64,000 bases of DNA, from contig NW_024704743.1 of the NCBI RefSeq assembly GCF_018977255.1, forward strand, positions 620,001 through 684,000, written 5' to 3'. The notes under the pieces are model-generated. The model saw only the letters and a list, made by a program, of their open reading frames with translations, ran no database searches and had not been told where the DNA came from. Of the stretch, positions 43,001 to 56,256 are shown in pieces. How positions within the stretch are numbered: the first letter of the stretch is position 1; the number at the start of each line of letters is the position of its first letter. This DNA is from Callorhinchus milii. Taxonomy: Eukaryota. The translations under genes and the position numbers were made by a program.

Positions 43001-46000
43001 CCCAATAAAGTCAATCCCGTAAAAGCGATTCTTTGACATGAAAGGCACTTTGTAAATGGTAAGTAAGTTCCCACCTTTCGGATGAGACTTTAAACCGAGG
43101 TCCTGTGCGCTTGTTCAGTTGGACGTCAAAGATCCCACGGCACTATTTTAAAAGAGAAGCGAGTCTCTCTCCTGGTGTCCTGACCAACAAACCCCAAATA
43201 AAAGTAAAAAAATGCGCAAGCGGCTGCCGCGTTTCGCCCACAAAATATACAGTCAATTCGCTTTACAATATATTACGTGAAGCGCTTTGAGACGTCTCGA
43301 AGACCTGATAAGGCACTGTATCAAATGCAAGCATTATTATTATTATCCTATTGTATTCCAGGGCCCCCACCTCTGCATTGACCTGCCCTCTCTGGATTTT
43401 GGCCTGGTGAGACTGCGAACTGCTATGATCAGCAAAATCCTGATTAAGAATCCGTGCCAGATTTCAGCTCGGTGGCACTTGCAGGAAAGCACAGTGTGCC
43501 TGAGAGAACGCAACGAAGCGGTAAAGTCAACAGCAACAACAACTTGCATTTATACAGCGCCATTCAGACCGGACGGCGTCTCAGAGCACTTAATGGAGGC
43601 TACTGAGACTACCACAGAGGGTAGACTTGATTCTGATGTTGTATTGCCAAGCGCATCCTTGGATCCCGCTCAGAATCTGCTTACCTTTCAGCCCTTCCCT
43701 GTTGAGCAGTGATGGTCCACCATTCATTCCCCGTAGCTTAGTGGTTAGAGCACTCGCCTCGCAAGCGAGATTCCCAGGCGGGCGAAACGTTAGGTAAGTT
43801 TCCTTGCCCCACACACCTCCGTTTTCCTAGCAGTAAATAAGTGGTCTCCCAATTCATGACTGTTTGTGAGACACCACTGTGTGCAATTGGATGCCACGTT
43901 TCGCCCACAGTCAACTCCACTTTGCAGTCTATTCTGTGAAGCGCTCTGAGTCGTCCCGATGACGAGATATGGCGCGATATCAAATGCAAGGATTAGGATT
44001 GTTATTATTTGTGTGTTGCAGGTGTCACAGTTTACCTTTAAACCATGCAGAGGGGAGCTGCTCCCGTTGGCCAGCTGTTGTGTCACGATCCTGTTCAAAC
44101 CCCAAAGATGCCAAAGCCTGAAAACCGTCCTGCAGCTGAATGTGGAGAATGGCAGCACGAGGTGAAGGAACACGGCAAGGCCACCCACCTTTACCCTCTG
44201 TACCCTCCTTGCCCACGTGGGCACAGAGTGGGCGCCGAGACATGGAACTCACCGCCTCACCCTTACACTGAGGCCAAAAAAAAAAAACTGGTCACTTCAA
44301 TCCACGACTGTTTGTGGGGACGCAGTGGGTGGCAAGTGGGGGGAGAGCGAAGTAACATCATTAATATCCTGTGACAAATTCTCCATCTCTCTCTCTCTCT
44401 CCAGCCACCTCTCGGTAATGGCTGAGGTCCAGGAAATGCACGTGTGTCTGATGAATTGCTCCCTCGCTTTCAAAGTGCTCTACGTCGGAATCCCAGCTCA
44501 GGGAATAGCAACGCTGTTTAACCAGACACAACTGCCAGTTAAATTCCACTGGGGAAAGGTAAGTATTGGGGGAAAGAACAACTGTGTGCGGAAGCAAATG
44601 TCCTGTCCTGTAAAATACCTACCCTGGAAAATACCTGTCCTATAAAATACCTGCGCTGTAAAATACATCCCTGGGAAATATCTGTCTGCAATATACCTGC
44701 CCTGTAAAATACCTGCCCTATAAAATACCTGCCCTATAAAATACCTGCCCTATAAAATACCTGCCCAATAAAATACCTGCCTTGTGTGCAATTGGCTTCT
44801 GGGTTTCGCCCACACAAATACGCAGTAAATTTACGTACAGCATATTCATAATTATATTTATTATATTACAGTATATTCTGTGAAGTGCTTTGAGACGTCT
44901 CGATGACGTGATAAGGCGCTATAGCAAATGCAAGGATTATTATTTCCATCCAACTAATCCCACTCCCCCATTCTAACCTGTAGCCCTGCAATTTTTCCCC
45001 TTTTCAAGTACCTATCCAATTCCCTTTTGAAAGATATTATGGAATCTGCTTACACCACCCTTTCAGGCAGTGCATTCAGGACCATAACAACTCTCTGGAT
45101 GAAAAAAAATTCACCTCGTCTCCCCTCTGGTCCTTTTGCCAATTTGTCAAAAGGTGATTTCAAAGACGAGGATTATTATCATCTTTAAATGTCCACCTGA
45201 ATGGGCAACACAGTTTAAAGTCTCATTCAAAGGATCACTTGGCTGTACTTAATGACACCATGTCTCCACAGGACACATTTGTGTATTGTTATACAAAACA
45301 CAGGGAATCGGGTTACAGCAATGAACAGCTTGAACTCTCTCTCACTCTGGATGTGATGGCGCTTTTGGCTTCAGGTTTCAGGGCTTCAGTGAATGAAGCT
45401 TCTGTGGAGTGAACATGAGAGGCCGAGCAGTGAGCACTGCTCACATAGTGAAACCTCAGTGACCGAGAGAGGAGAAAAAATACTTTTAAAAAAAATTGAA
45501 TAAATATTTGTGGGCAACAGGTTTACAATATCTGCAATGTTAGAAGGGAGCTGGATATTTATATTAAAAAAATGCCATCTGGGGTTATTTGTGCCATAAA
45601 GACTCCCTTTCAGGTGATCGGTATGTACAACCTTACACTGGGTGTAACCACAATATTTAGATTTCTATGTGGGGAGTCGTGTAGCTCAGTGGTTGGAGCA
45701 CTCAACCTGCAAGCGAGAGGACCCAGGTTCAATTCCCGGGTGGGACGAAAGCTTAGGCAAGTTTCCTTACACCACACGCTTCTGTTTACGTTGCAGTAAA
45801 TAGGAACTCACTTTTAGTCAATTGCCGGATTGTTTTCCGGGAATAATAATCCCTTAAAAATAATAATAATTCAGTCCATCCAGTGTGCAATTGGCTCCCT
45901 CATTTTGCCCACAAAATATATAGTGTGAAGCGCTTTGAGACGTCTCGAAGATGTGATAAGTCGCTATATCAAATGCAAGGGCTATCATTAAAGATATTAC

Positions 46001-49000
46001 GACACTATTTTAAAAATGAAGCTAGTTTCTTTCTCTCTCCTGGTGTCCTGGCCGACAGTCCCCCAAATAAAACTGGTCACTAGCTCCATGGCTGTTTGTG
46101 GGACGTCGCTGTGTGCTTGCTGGCTGCCGCATTTGCCTATAATATAAGCTGTCACTACATGTTACAGTAAATTAAGCGCTTTGAGTTGTCTCGGTGATTG
46201 CCCACAAATATACGGTCAATTCACTTTACGGTCTATTCTGTGAAGCGCTTTGAGATGTCGAGAAGACGTGAAAAGCGCTATAGCAAATGCAAGGATTATT
46301 ATTATTATTATTATTATATCAATTGCAAGGGTTATTATTACCCTGAGGAGTAAGCTGCCTGGTGGTGTTATTGTCATTCGGTTATTCGGAGTCCTGTAGC
46401 TCAGTGGTTAGAGCACTCGCTTTGCAAGTGAGAGACCTGAGTTCAGTCCCCAGGGGGTCAGGGCCAAACCTCGGGCAAGTTTCCTTACTCCACACAGAGC
46501 CTAATAATAATCCCTCCAAAACAAAACAATAATAAATTGGTCATTTTCGATCTACGACTGTTTGTGGGACATTGCTGTGCGCAATTGGCTGCCGCGTTTG
46601 CCCACAAATATACAGTCAATTCACTTTACAGTGTGTTCTGTGAAGCGCTTTGGGACGTCCTCCCGACGTGAAAAGCGCTATATCAAATGCGAGGATTATT
46701 ATTATTATTATTATTGTACGTTTGACAATATTTGGTTTGACCACAGCTATGCTCGCTCGTACCTTCATAACTCTTTAAGAAACTGCCACTGGCAGAGGAA
46801 ATGCATATTTCTTTCTTGTCTTCCTTCCTTTACTTCCTTGCTCGTCTTCCTTCTGAATCTGGACAATTTGGCCTTGTGACATTTTTTTTTAAAAAATACA
46901 GCTGATTGGAAAACAAGCGTCCGAGTACTCGGCCACTGTCATGCCATCGAGTGGGCTACTGGGACCAAACAAGCAGATGGAAGTGTGTGTGGAGTTCGTA
47001 GCGTTTATCATGGTGAGTGCACTGGGGTTTGCAATTCACCGAGGGCTTTGCGAAGTGGGAGTCCTGTGGTTAGATCACCCCGATCACCCCGGGCCTCGCC
47101 AGACTGCACTGGCTGCCTATCCCAGAGAGGATCGACTTCAAGATCCTCACCCTCGTATTCAGGTCCCCGCACCCCCCAACCTCTCTGATCTCCTCGCTCC
47201 TCAAAACAGCACCCGTTGCCTTCGTTCCTCCGGGTCTGGCCTCCTCCTCGTTCCCCGAGTCCTCCGCTCCACCCTCGGCGTCCATGCCTTCAGCCACTAT
47301 GCCCCGAGGCTCTGGAACTCCCTTCCTCACTCCCTTCGTCTCGCTCCCTCCTTTCCCATTTTCAGGTCTCTGCTTTTCGACCGCACCTTCGGTCATCTTC
47401 CTCCCCCCTCCCCCTGGCTTGGTCCCGGGATCCGTTACCATAAAGCGCTTTGAGACGCCGTCCATCGTGGAGGGTACTATATATATCCAAGTTGTTGTCG
47501 TTGTTGTAGAGTGCTCGCTCGCAAGCAAGAGGATCCGGTTTGTTTCCCGGGTGGGGCAAAATCTTAGGCAAAGTTGGGCTTTAACCCTCACCCCCTGAAA
47601 CCCCATCCTGGATTCCCTTTGACTCGTCCGCTCCCTCTCCTCGTTCATAGGTCCATCTCGAGACCTTTCTCACTGACACACCGCCCCCACCCCCAAACCA
47701 CCCCGTCTTCAGTCATCTTCACCCTCCCCACCTCCCTCGGCCCCCACCCCCCAGCTCGGGTGTGAAGCCAGGACTGTCAAGTGCCTTCGGACTTCCTTCC
47801 GAAGCGAAAGGCATTATATTTCGGCCCACAAAGTAATTCACTTTACGGCGTATCCTGCGAGGAGCTTTGAGATGTCTCAATGACACGATAAGGCACTATA
47901 TCAAATGCAAGTATTATTATTATATAAACGTGAACTTATCATTGCTGGATCTTTTAAAGCCCTGGTATGTGTTGTCCTCCGAATGCAGATTTCATAGGGC
48001 AGAAGATAAGCCAAAGTAGCTGATGAGGAGCTCAGAGTAAGTTGCTGTTTTTCCCTTCCAGGGTGAGGTGACGGACCTTGCACTCCTGTGCAAAGTGGAG
48101 AGAATGAAAGAACCGCTATTGCTTCAAATGTCTGGCAATCCAATGGGTTTGAAAGTAACTTACAACGTGTTGAATAAAGCTAATCAAAACAGGTACGTCC
48201 TGTGCCTAGGAAACATCTGCATGACTAGCCGACCAAGCCCCTTAGTCCTACCAGCAGTTAGCAGCTGTATGTAAAGTACATTTACATAGCACGTTTCATG
48301 TCTCAAAGCACTTGGCAAAGCAGAATAGGTACCCGAGCTGGGGTTTGGAGACTAGGGGAAAGGTTTCAGTCCTGTAACTCAGTGGTTAGAGCACTCACCT
48401 CGCAAACGAGAGGACCCGGGTTTGATTCCCGGGCAGGGCGAAATACTGGGCAAGTTTCCTCACTCCACACGCACGCCTCCGTTCGCCTAGCAGTCAGTAG
48501 GAATCTGGCTGTCAGTCAATTTGGAGGATCACTTTCTGAGGGTGATATCCCTTCAGAAAGAAAATAATAATTTGGTCACTCAATCCACGATTGTTTGTGG
48601 GGACGTTGCTGTGCGTAATTGGCTGCCGCTTTTCGCCCATAAATTATACAGTCAATTCACTTCACAGTATATTCTACGAAGCGCTTTGAGACGTCTCAAC
48701 GACGTGATAAGGCGCCATATCAAATGCGAGGATTATTATTGTTATTAACTGACATTTTTTAAAAGGAAACCCCTGGGTGGGGTGGGTGGGGGGGTGGTGG
48801 TTAGAACAATTCTCTAACTGTTGATAAATGTGCGAGTTCACCACCAGCCAGTGGAGGAACAACCACTAACACATCTCTCTGTCCTTCTCAACATACGCCC
48901 AGCGACAATCTGGTTTTGAATTTCAAAGATGTTTTAGTGAACGAACCGGTAAAGCAACGGCTAGTGATGACAAACGACACCGCCATACCAGCATCATTCA

Positions 49001-52000
49001 GTATAGTTGTGGAGCACTTCAGGCCTTGTTTCCATCCCTCGATAGGAACGGAGAGTCTCACTGCACGGGCCATTCGGTGAGTAGCACAAAGACAACAACA
49101 GCAACAACAACAACACATTAACCCTAACCCAGAACAAAACTGAGACAGCAGAAAACGAGGGCCCAGGTTCAACAACGACGACAACAAATTACAACAGCAA
49201 CAACTTACACTTATATAGCGCCCTCTACGCCGGCCGGTGTCTCAGAGCGATTAACATTGGTGGAGCCCAAGGCCGAGCCTGGGGGAGGGGGAAGGTGACC
49301 ATAGGTGCGGTCGAAAAGGAAAGTCTTCAGGCACGACCTGAAGATGGGGAAGGAGGGGGCAAGGCCAAGGGTTCCTAGAAGCTTGTATAGCGCCTTTTAT
49401 CTCAGGAGGAGGTCCCAAGGGGCTGAACAGTCAGGGATTTGGGCCTGAGCTGGTGGTTGGCATCAGGAGGGGTGGAGGGCAGGGTGGGTAGGAATAGGAG
49501 GTTGACCGAAGGCGAGGTCAAAGATGAGGGTCTTGGGACGGGTCTTAAAGGAGGCAAGGGAGAGGGTTCAGAGTTGCAAAGTTCAACTTCAAGACAGACG
49601 CCAGGAACCATTACCAGGAAAGACAGTTGAGGCAAGTGCACGAGATCTCAAATGGGCTGAAGGATCTTCTTCATTCAAACCTATTTTGTGATCTTGCTTA
49701 CTCTTGTGTGATCTTGACCTTGTAAAAAACCTAGCTTAATCCTGTGATAGGAGAACAGTTGGTTGGTGTTCCTAAAAGCTGAGATCAATTGGGTTCTTCA
49801 TCAGAACTTCATTAGCATTCAGATCTTCAGCCTTTCTGCCTTTGGAACTCCATCCCACAGTCCCTGCGCCTCGCACCTTCCCTTGCCTCGTTCAAAATTC
49901 TAAAGACCCTCCTCTTCGACCGCGCCTTCGGTCACCCTCCCTGCCCTCCCTGCCTTCCACCCATCCCTGATCGCAACCCTGATTGTCCAGAGCCTTGGGA
50001 CGTCTTCTCACACCTCAGGGGCACTGTGTAATGTGACTTGTTGTTATCCTGATTCATTTTGCAAATTTACCTCATCAATTCAGGATGAGCGGAGGCTCAT
50101 GTTGAGTATAAACACTGGACAAGTTAGGCTCAACGGCCTCTTTCAGTGGTGTACAGTCCTAATGATGGATGTAGTTATATGGAACTTCGTTTCTAATCGG
50201 TGATGTTTTGCAAGCGCTTTGAGATGTTATGTTCACACTGTGTGAAAGGCACTGGATAAATACCAGTTGTTATTGTTGTTATCTGGAAGCCCCAGAACCA
50301 CCTTGCTGAAGAAAACAGTCAATCTGACCAAGGGTCCCAGCAAGTCAAAGCGTCGATTGGAAAGCGGTAAGAACATCCGAATCTCACTACACAAACGTGT
50401 TGACCTGTAGAACAATTTGACTCTGTGGACGGCGTTTTATTCCCCTTTGGTAACACTGGAAGCAAAGTTATTATAAAGCAGATGAGGCCAGGACCCTGGG
50501 ACTCAATTTAAAAAAGCATTTTAATGCTGCGATGGGAGGATGATAGGGTGGGTGTTCTGGAGGGATGAGCTGAACCAAAGAACTTCAAAGAGTTCGTCCT
50601 GAGCAGGGACAGTTGAAGAGCCTAACAAAGGGGACAAAGATATGAGCGCAAAGTGCTTTACAGGGCGTTTGGCATTTGATACACCGCCTTATTATGTCTT
50701 CGATACATCTCAAAGTGCTTCACAGATTATACTGTAAAGTGTAGTGACTGTGTATTTTGTGGGCAAAACGTGGCAGCAGGGTCCCACAAACAGTCGTGGA
50801 TCGAGTGACCATTATTACCCCCAAAGTAATCTGCCAATCGACTAGCAACCGGGTTCCTACTCACTGCTAGGTAAAGAGAGGCATGTGGAGTAAGGAAAGC
50901 TGCCTAAGATTTCGCCCCCTCGTACCCAGGTGCGATTGTATTATGTTTTGAGCTTGTGCGTGAAGCAACACATGCAATTTATCTCGCTTTGCTGCCTGGA
51001 TTTACTAACGCTTTGTGCCTCCCGCCCTCCCACAGAACACTTGGATATGATGCTGGCCCATTCCAAAGGAGTATCCTTTGAGGTCAATCCGACAACAGGA
51101 ACTCTGGGCCCTTTCCAGCGGCGGATCATCAAAGTCACGGCCTTTAACAACATGTGGGGCAACTATCACGACCGTCTCGTCTGCCAAGTTTGTGCTTTTC
51201 CTTTTTCTCTCTCAAGGCACTTGCCTATCGATAACGTGAAGTGGGATTGAGGCAGAGAGACACTGCCAAATTGATGTCCCAAGTAGTTGCACTGCAATTC
51301 AGCTTCATTTCGGGCGGGGTGATCCGACCGCCGTTCCCGCGGACCACAAAGCATTTCCCAACTTCATTGCCCGATGAGCAAATACAGCAAATTCTATTGA
51401 ATGTTATTGAATCTGCTTCCACCGTCCTTTCAGGCAGTGCATTCCACTCCGTAATGACTCTCTGCGTAAAAACAATCCTCTTCATCTCCTCTCTAATATT
51501 AATATATTAATATTTCTCTGTTCTCTCAGGTCGGAAATCTGGATCCCGCGTACATCAACATCGAGCTGTCTATTAAAGGTGTCCCACTCTATTTCAAGAG
51601 GTTAGGAGCACAGAAAGACATTGAGAAACAGCCACCCACAATAAGGTAAAAGGACAGGGAACCAGAGGGTGACAGGTGGTTCGGTAACCAGGGGACATAG
51701 GTTCAAGATCATTGGCAAAAGAACCAGAGGGGAGACGAGGAGAAATTGTTTTGGCCAGAGAGTCTTCGTTACGGTCTGGAGCGCATGGCCTGTAAGGGCC
51801 GGTGGAAACAGATTCAATAACAACTTTCAAAAGGGAATTGGATAGCAACTTGAAAAGGAAAGACTTGCAAGGATATGGGGAAAGAGAGGGGGAGCAGGAC
51901 TGATTGGGTAGCTCTTCCAGGGGACTGGCACCGGCATGATGGGCCGAATGGCCTCCTTCTGTGCTGTAAGCCTCAATGAGGAGTCCTGTAGCTCACTGGT

Positions 52001-55000
52001 TAGAGCACTCGCTTTGCAAGCGAGAGACCTGGGTTGGCAGGTTGAAACCTTGGGCAAGTTTCCTTACTCCACACTCCTCATAATAATCCCTCAAGAAAAA
52101 AATTGGTCATTTCAAATCCTTGACTGTTTGTGGGACGCTGCTGTGTGCAATTGGCTGCCGTGTTTCGCCCACAAATATACAGTCAATTCACTTTACAGTC
52201 TATTCTGTGAAGCGCTTTCAGACGTCAAGAAGACGTGAAAAGCGCTATATCAAAATGCAAGGAATATTATTATTATTATTATGGTTCTGTTCTAGTCTGT
52301 AACTATCGCTTTACTTCAGTCCATGTGAAGTGACATTTCATGTTTCCTGTTGCAGGTTCGGGACTCACACCTTCGGAGGTGACATGGTCTCTCTCCCCGT
52401 AGACATCATCAACACAACCCCCTTTGGTAAGCTTCCTCGTGACGGGTTGGTCTTGCTGATTGTCCTGATGGTCACCCAACCTCGATTGTCTAACACAACG
52501 TCAACACTGTATAATCTGACAGTCGGGGGCAGAAAATCCTCATGTTCTTCATCTCAACTCTCAAAATTTAAGATTGCGCAGAATTGCGCAATTGGCTGCC
52601 TTTTTTTCCCACAAAACATACACTTTACAATGTCTCCTGTGAAGCGTTCTGAGACGTCTAGAAGACGCGATAAGGCGCTGTATCAAATGTAAGGGTTATT
52701 ATTATTATTATTATTAGATCCGCTTTGACGGCCTTTCTTTATTTCAGACATCCGCTTAGACTGGGAGATGTACAACCGTGGTTTACCTGACTTGCACTTG
52801 CTAGACTTGTTTGTTTCATATGGAGAGAAATTCCCACTGAAGGACGTCGAAGGCAACGAATTCATTGCAAGAAAGCCCCCAGAGATTAAGCCTGTGCACC
52901 AGGTGGACTGGAATGCCATTCCCAACAATTCCAGTTCCAGCTCCTCTGCCCTACAGGAAGACGAACATGTAAGGACTTCAACTTGTGTTTACAGTCGGCT
53001 GTTCTGTGGCATTGATTGTCCTGGAGGCTGACCGTTTACAGACCAAACTACTGGTAAAAAGAGGCGTGTGTGTGTGGAGTAAGGAAACTTACCCAACATT
53101 TCCCACTGCCCGGGAATCGAACCCCGGTCCTCTCACTTGAGCCTAGTGCTCTAACCCCTGAGCTACAGGACTCCATGTTTGCTGTGCGCAAAATGGTTTC
53201 TGTGTTTGCCAACCAAAAACGGCCACCGCACTTACCAGTTTTGATCTGATCAGACTCTTTCGTTCGTCTCTCACAAGGAGCATGTGCTGGTGTTCGATGG
53301 ACACCGGCTGTTTCAGGTCCCCCGCACTTCCCGCCCCACCATTGGCAGTCGGGCATTCAGCATTTCTGTGCCCACCCTCTGGAACTCTATCCCACAATCC
53401 CTCCCCCTCTTGCCGACTTCAAATCCCTTCTGAAGACCTTCCTCTTCGATTGTGCCTTCGGCCGCCCTCCCCACTTCCTCTGCCCTCCTCCCCTTCTCCC
53501 AGCTCGGGTCCAACACGCCAGATTGTCCATCACCCTGGGATGTGAAGGGCGCTAAGTGTCATTTGTTACTGAGCTTTAAGTGATATGTTACCGCTTCTAG
53601 GAAGATGAGGAGGAGGAGGTGGAGGAAGAGGAGGAGAAAGAGAAAACGTTTATCGAGGATCTCATCTTGTTGACACTACGTCCTCATGAGGGGGTGTTGT
53701 CGGACTACCCCTACGCCATAACGCCAAGGCAGGTGGTAAGTAGTGGACGACAAAAACATAGGCCTCTGTTTACCTCGCAGTAAGCAGGAACCTGGCTGTT
53801 AATCGATGGGGGGAATCACTTTTCCAGGGGTAATAAACCCTTCCAAAATCAATACTACTACCAATAATAATTTGATCACTCACTCCACAACTGTGTGCAA
53901 TTAGCTGCCGCTTTTTTCCCACAAAATATACAGTATATTCTGTGAAGCGCTTTGAGATGTCTAAACAAAGTGATAAGAGATTATTATCTACTATTATTCC
54001 CTGCCCCCATCGATGAGATATGATGATTATTGTTATTATTTTTACTTCAGATGTCCTTAAGACTACTTGCCCACATGACCAGGTGAGTTTTGTATTCAAT
54101 GAGTTTTATCCTCTGCTTCTAGGTGGTGCCTGCAAAAAGATCCGCGGCTGTTAATGTCTCTTTCACCCCACTCCAGCTCACTGACCTTATTATGGAAAAA
54201 GAGTGTGACAGCTTTGCCCAGGGCTTTATGTCTTTGGACAGTGAGGTAAGGCAAGATCACAAGATCAGTTTAGATCAAAAAAGGCCCATTTGATCTCATT
54301 CACCCGATAGTCCCTCGTTTTTTCTCTGCTCAGCCGGGTGTCTGACACACGTGTAAACCCATCACCGTTGCTTAAGGGTCTCCAAACCTCAGCTGAGAAT
54401 TCCCCGTCTCCCAACTACACATGGAAATCCCAGAGATAAGATTGTTGGAATGGAATGCGCTCTCTCTCTCTCTCTCTCTCCTTGGAGGGACGCCCCCCCC
54501 CTTACCTAATTCCGGAGAGTATTAGGCGCAGGTTGCCGAGAGCCAAGGCTTGTGGGGGGTGGGGGGGGTGGTTAGAGCCCAGAGTGTGCGTTGGGGTAAC
54601 TGCTGGAGTCTAACCAGCTAAACCCACACACAGCTCGGCCATCGAGAGCGCTGTCTGGCCAAGCTTTCCCACTGCTTGTCCGGCCTCGGACCACCAGCAA
54701 CCTCGAGAGCTTTATTCAAAGGCTATCGCCTCCTTTTGCAGGATGCACTGGAGATCCCTGGGAAGGTGGAGCGGATGGATGGCTATGACATGCAGCCTTT
54801 ACATCTGAACTTACATGCGTTTGTAAAGCCTGCGATGTGAGTATTGCGCCCGGGGTGGGGGGGGGGTGGGGGGGGAGTGGGGTATATTTTGTGCTCTATT
54901 TCTTTTGTGGTCTTTCTCGCTTCCTCAACCCTGTGTAGTCTTCATGGTCTCAACAACAACAACTTGCATTAAATAGCGCCTCTCACATGGGGAGTCAGGG

Positions 55001-56222
55001 GAGAGGGAGAGGGGGGAGGTGACAGTAAACACGATCAAAAAGGAAGGTCTTTAGGCAGGTTTTGAAGGTGGGGAAGGAGGGGGCGAGGCGGGGGGATTGA
55101 GGGAGAGAGTTACAGAGTTTTGGAGCGTAGCGGCTGAAGGCACGGCCCCCGATGGTGGAGCGGAGGGGACGAGGGACAAACAGGAGGCCAGATCCAGCCG
55201 AGCGGAGGCAGCAGATGGGGGAGCAGGGGGTGGGCTAAGAGATTCAGATAGGTAGGGAGGTGCGAGAGCGCTCACCGCTCAAACGAGAGGACCTGGGTTT
55301 GATTCCCAGGGAGGGCAAAGCATTGGGCAAGTTTCTTTACTCCTAGTGCCTCTGAAAAAGGCGCTACATCAAGTCAATGAACTCACTCTCTCTCCGTTTC
55401 CCCCCTGGATCAGGTTGTTATTGGAAATTGACGACAAGGATATGGAGGATGACAAGAAGCTGGTGTTTTACTCCGCTGCCAGCGATTTAGTACCACACGG
55501 AATGGACGGAGAGGTCAGCAAAACATCCAGTGGGGTTTACAGACCTTTAGCAACAAGCAATTTATATAGCACTCGTACAACAACAGTAAACTCCTGATCA
55601 CAAGACACTGGCTTAACTACTCACTACCATTATTCCAGCTGCTCCCCTCCACTCCACCCTGAAACTCTGGCACTCTCTCCCCTGATCCTGCGGTTGTTAG
55701 TCGATCGGTGGATCGCTTTCCGGGGGTAATAATCCCCTCCCACAGCTCTCCAAAAAAATTGGTCACTCAATCCATGACTGTTTGTGGGACGCTGCTGTGT
55801 GCAATTAACTGCCAATATACAGTCAATTCACTTTACAGTATAATCTGTGAAGCGCTACATGCAATGATTATTATTATAGCTTCAGGGTAGCAAAGGACAA
55901 TTTCGAGGGCGGGCAACAAGAAGTATTTTGTGAGGACGTCTCAAAGTGTTTCGAAGGATTTTCTGTAAAGTGGAGTGACTGTGTTCTACGTGGTATAAAT
56001 AATAATAATCCTTGCATTTTATATACCGCTTTTCACGTCCTCGAGACGTCTCAAAGCGCTTCACAGGATACACTGTAAAGTGAATTGACTGTATATTTGT
56101 GGACGAAATGCGGCAGCCAATTGCGCACAGCAATGTCCCACAAACAGTGGTGGGTTGAAAGATAAGGTCCTTCTTTATCCAAAGCAATCTTGTAATCTTG
56201 TGATTTCCCTTTGTTCCTTCCT

Positions 56223-56256
<34 letters not shown>

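Noticed and set aside
46389..46465. tRNA gene candidates (also ~45673, 48368, 51980)
   Set aside because: A and B boxes continue into SINE body and tail with no complete cloverleaf; these are SINE heads.
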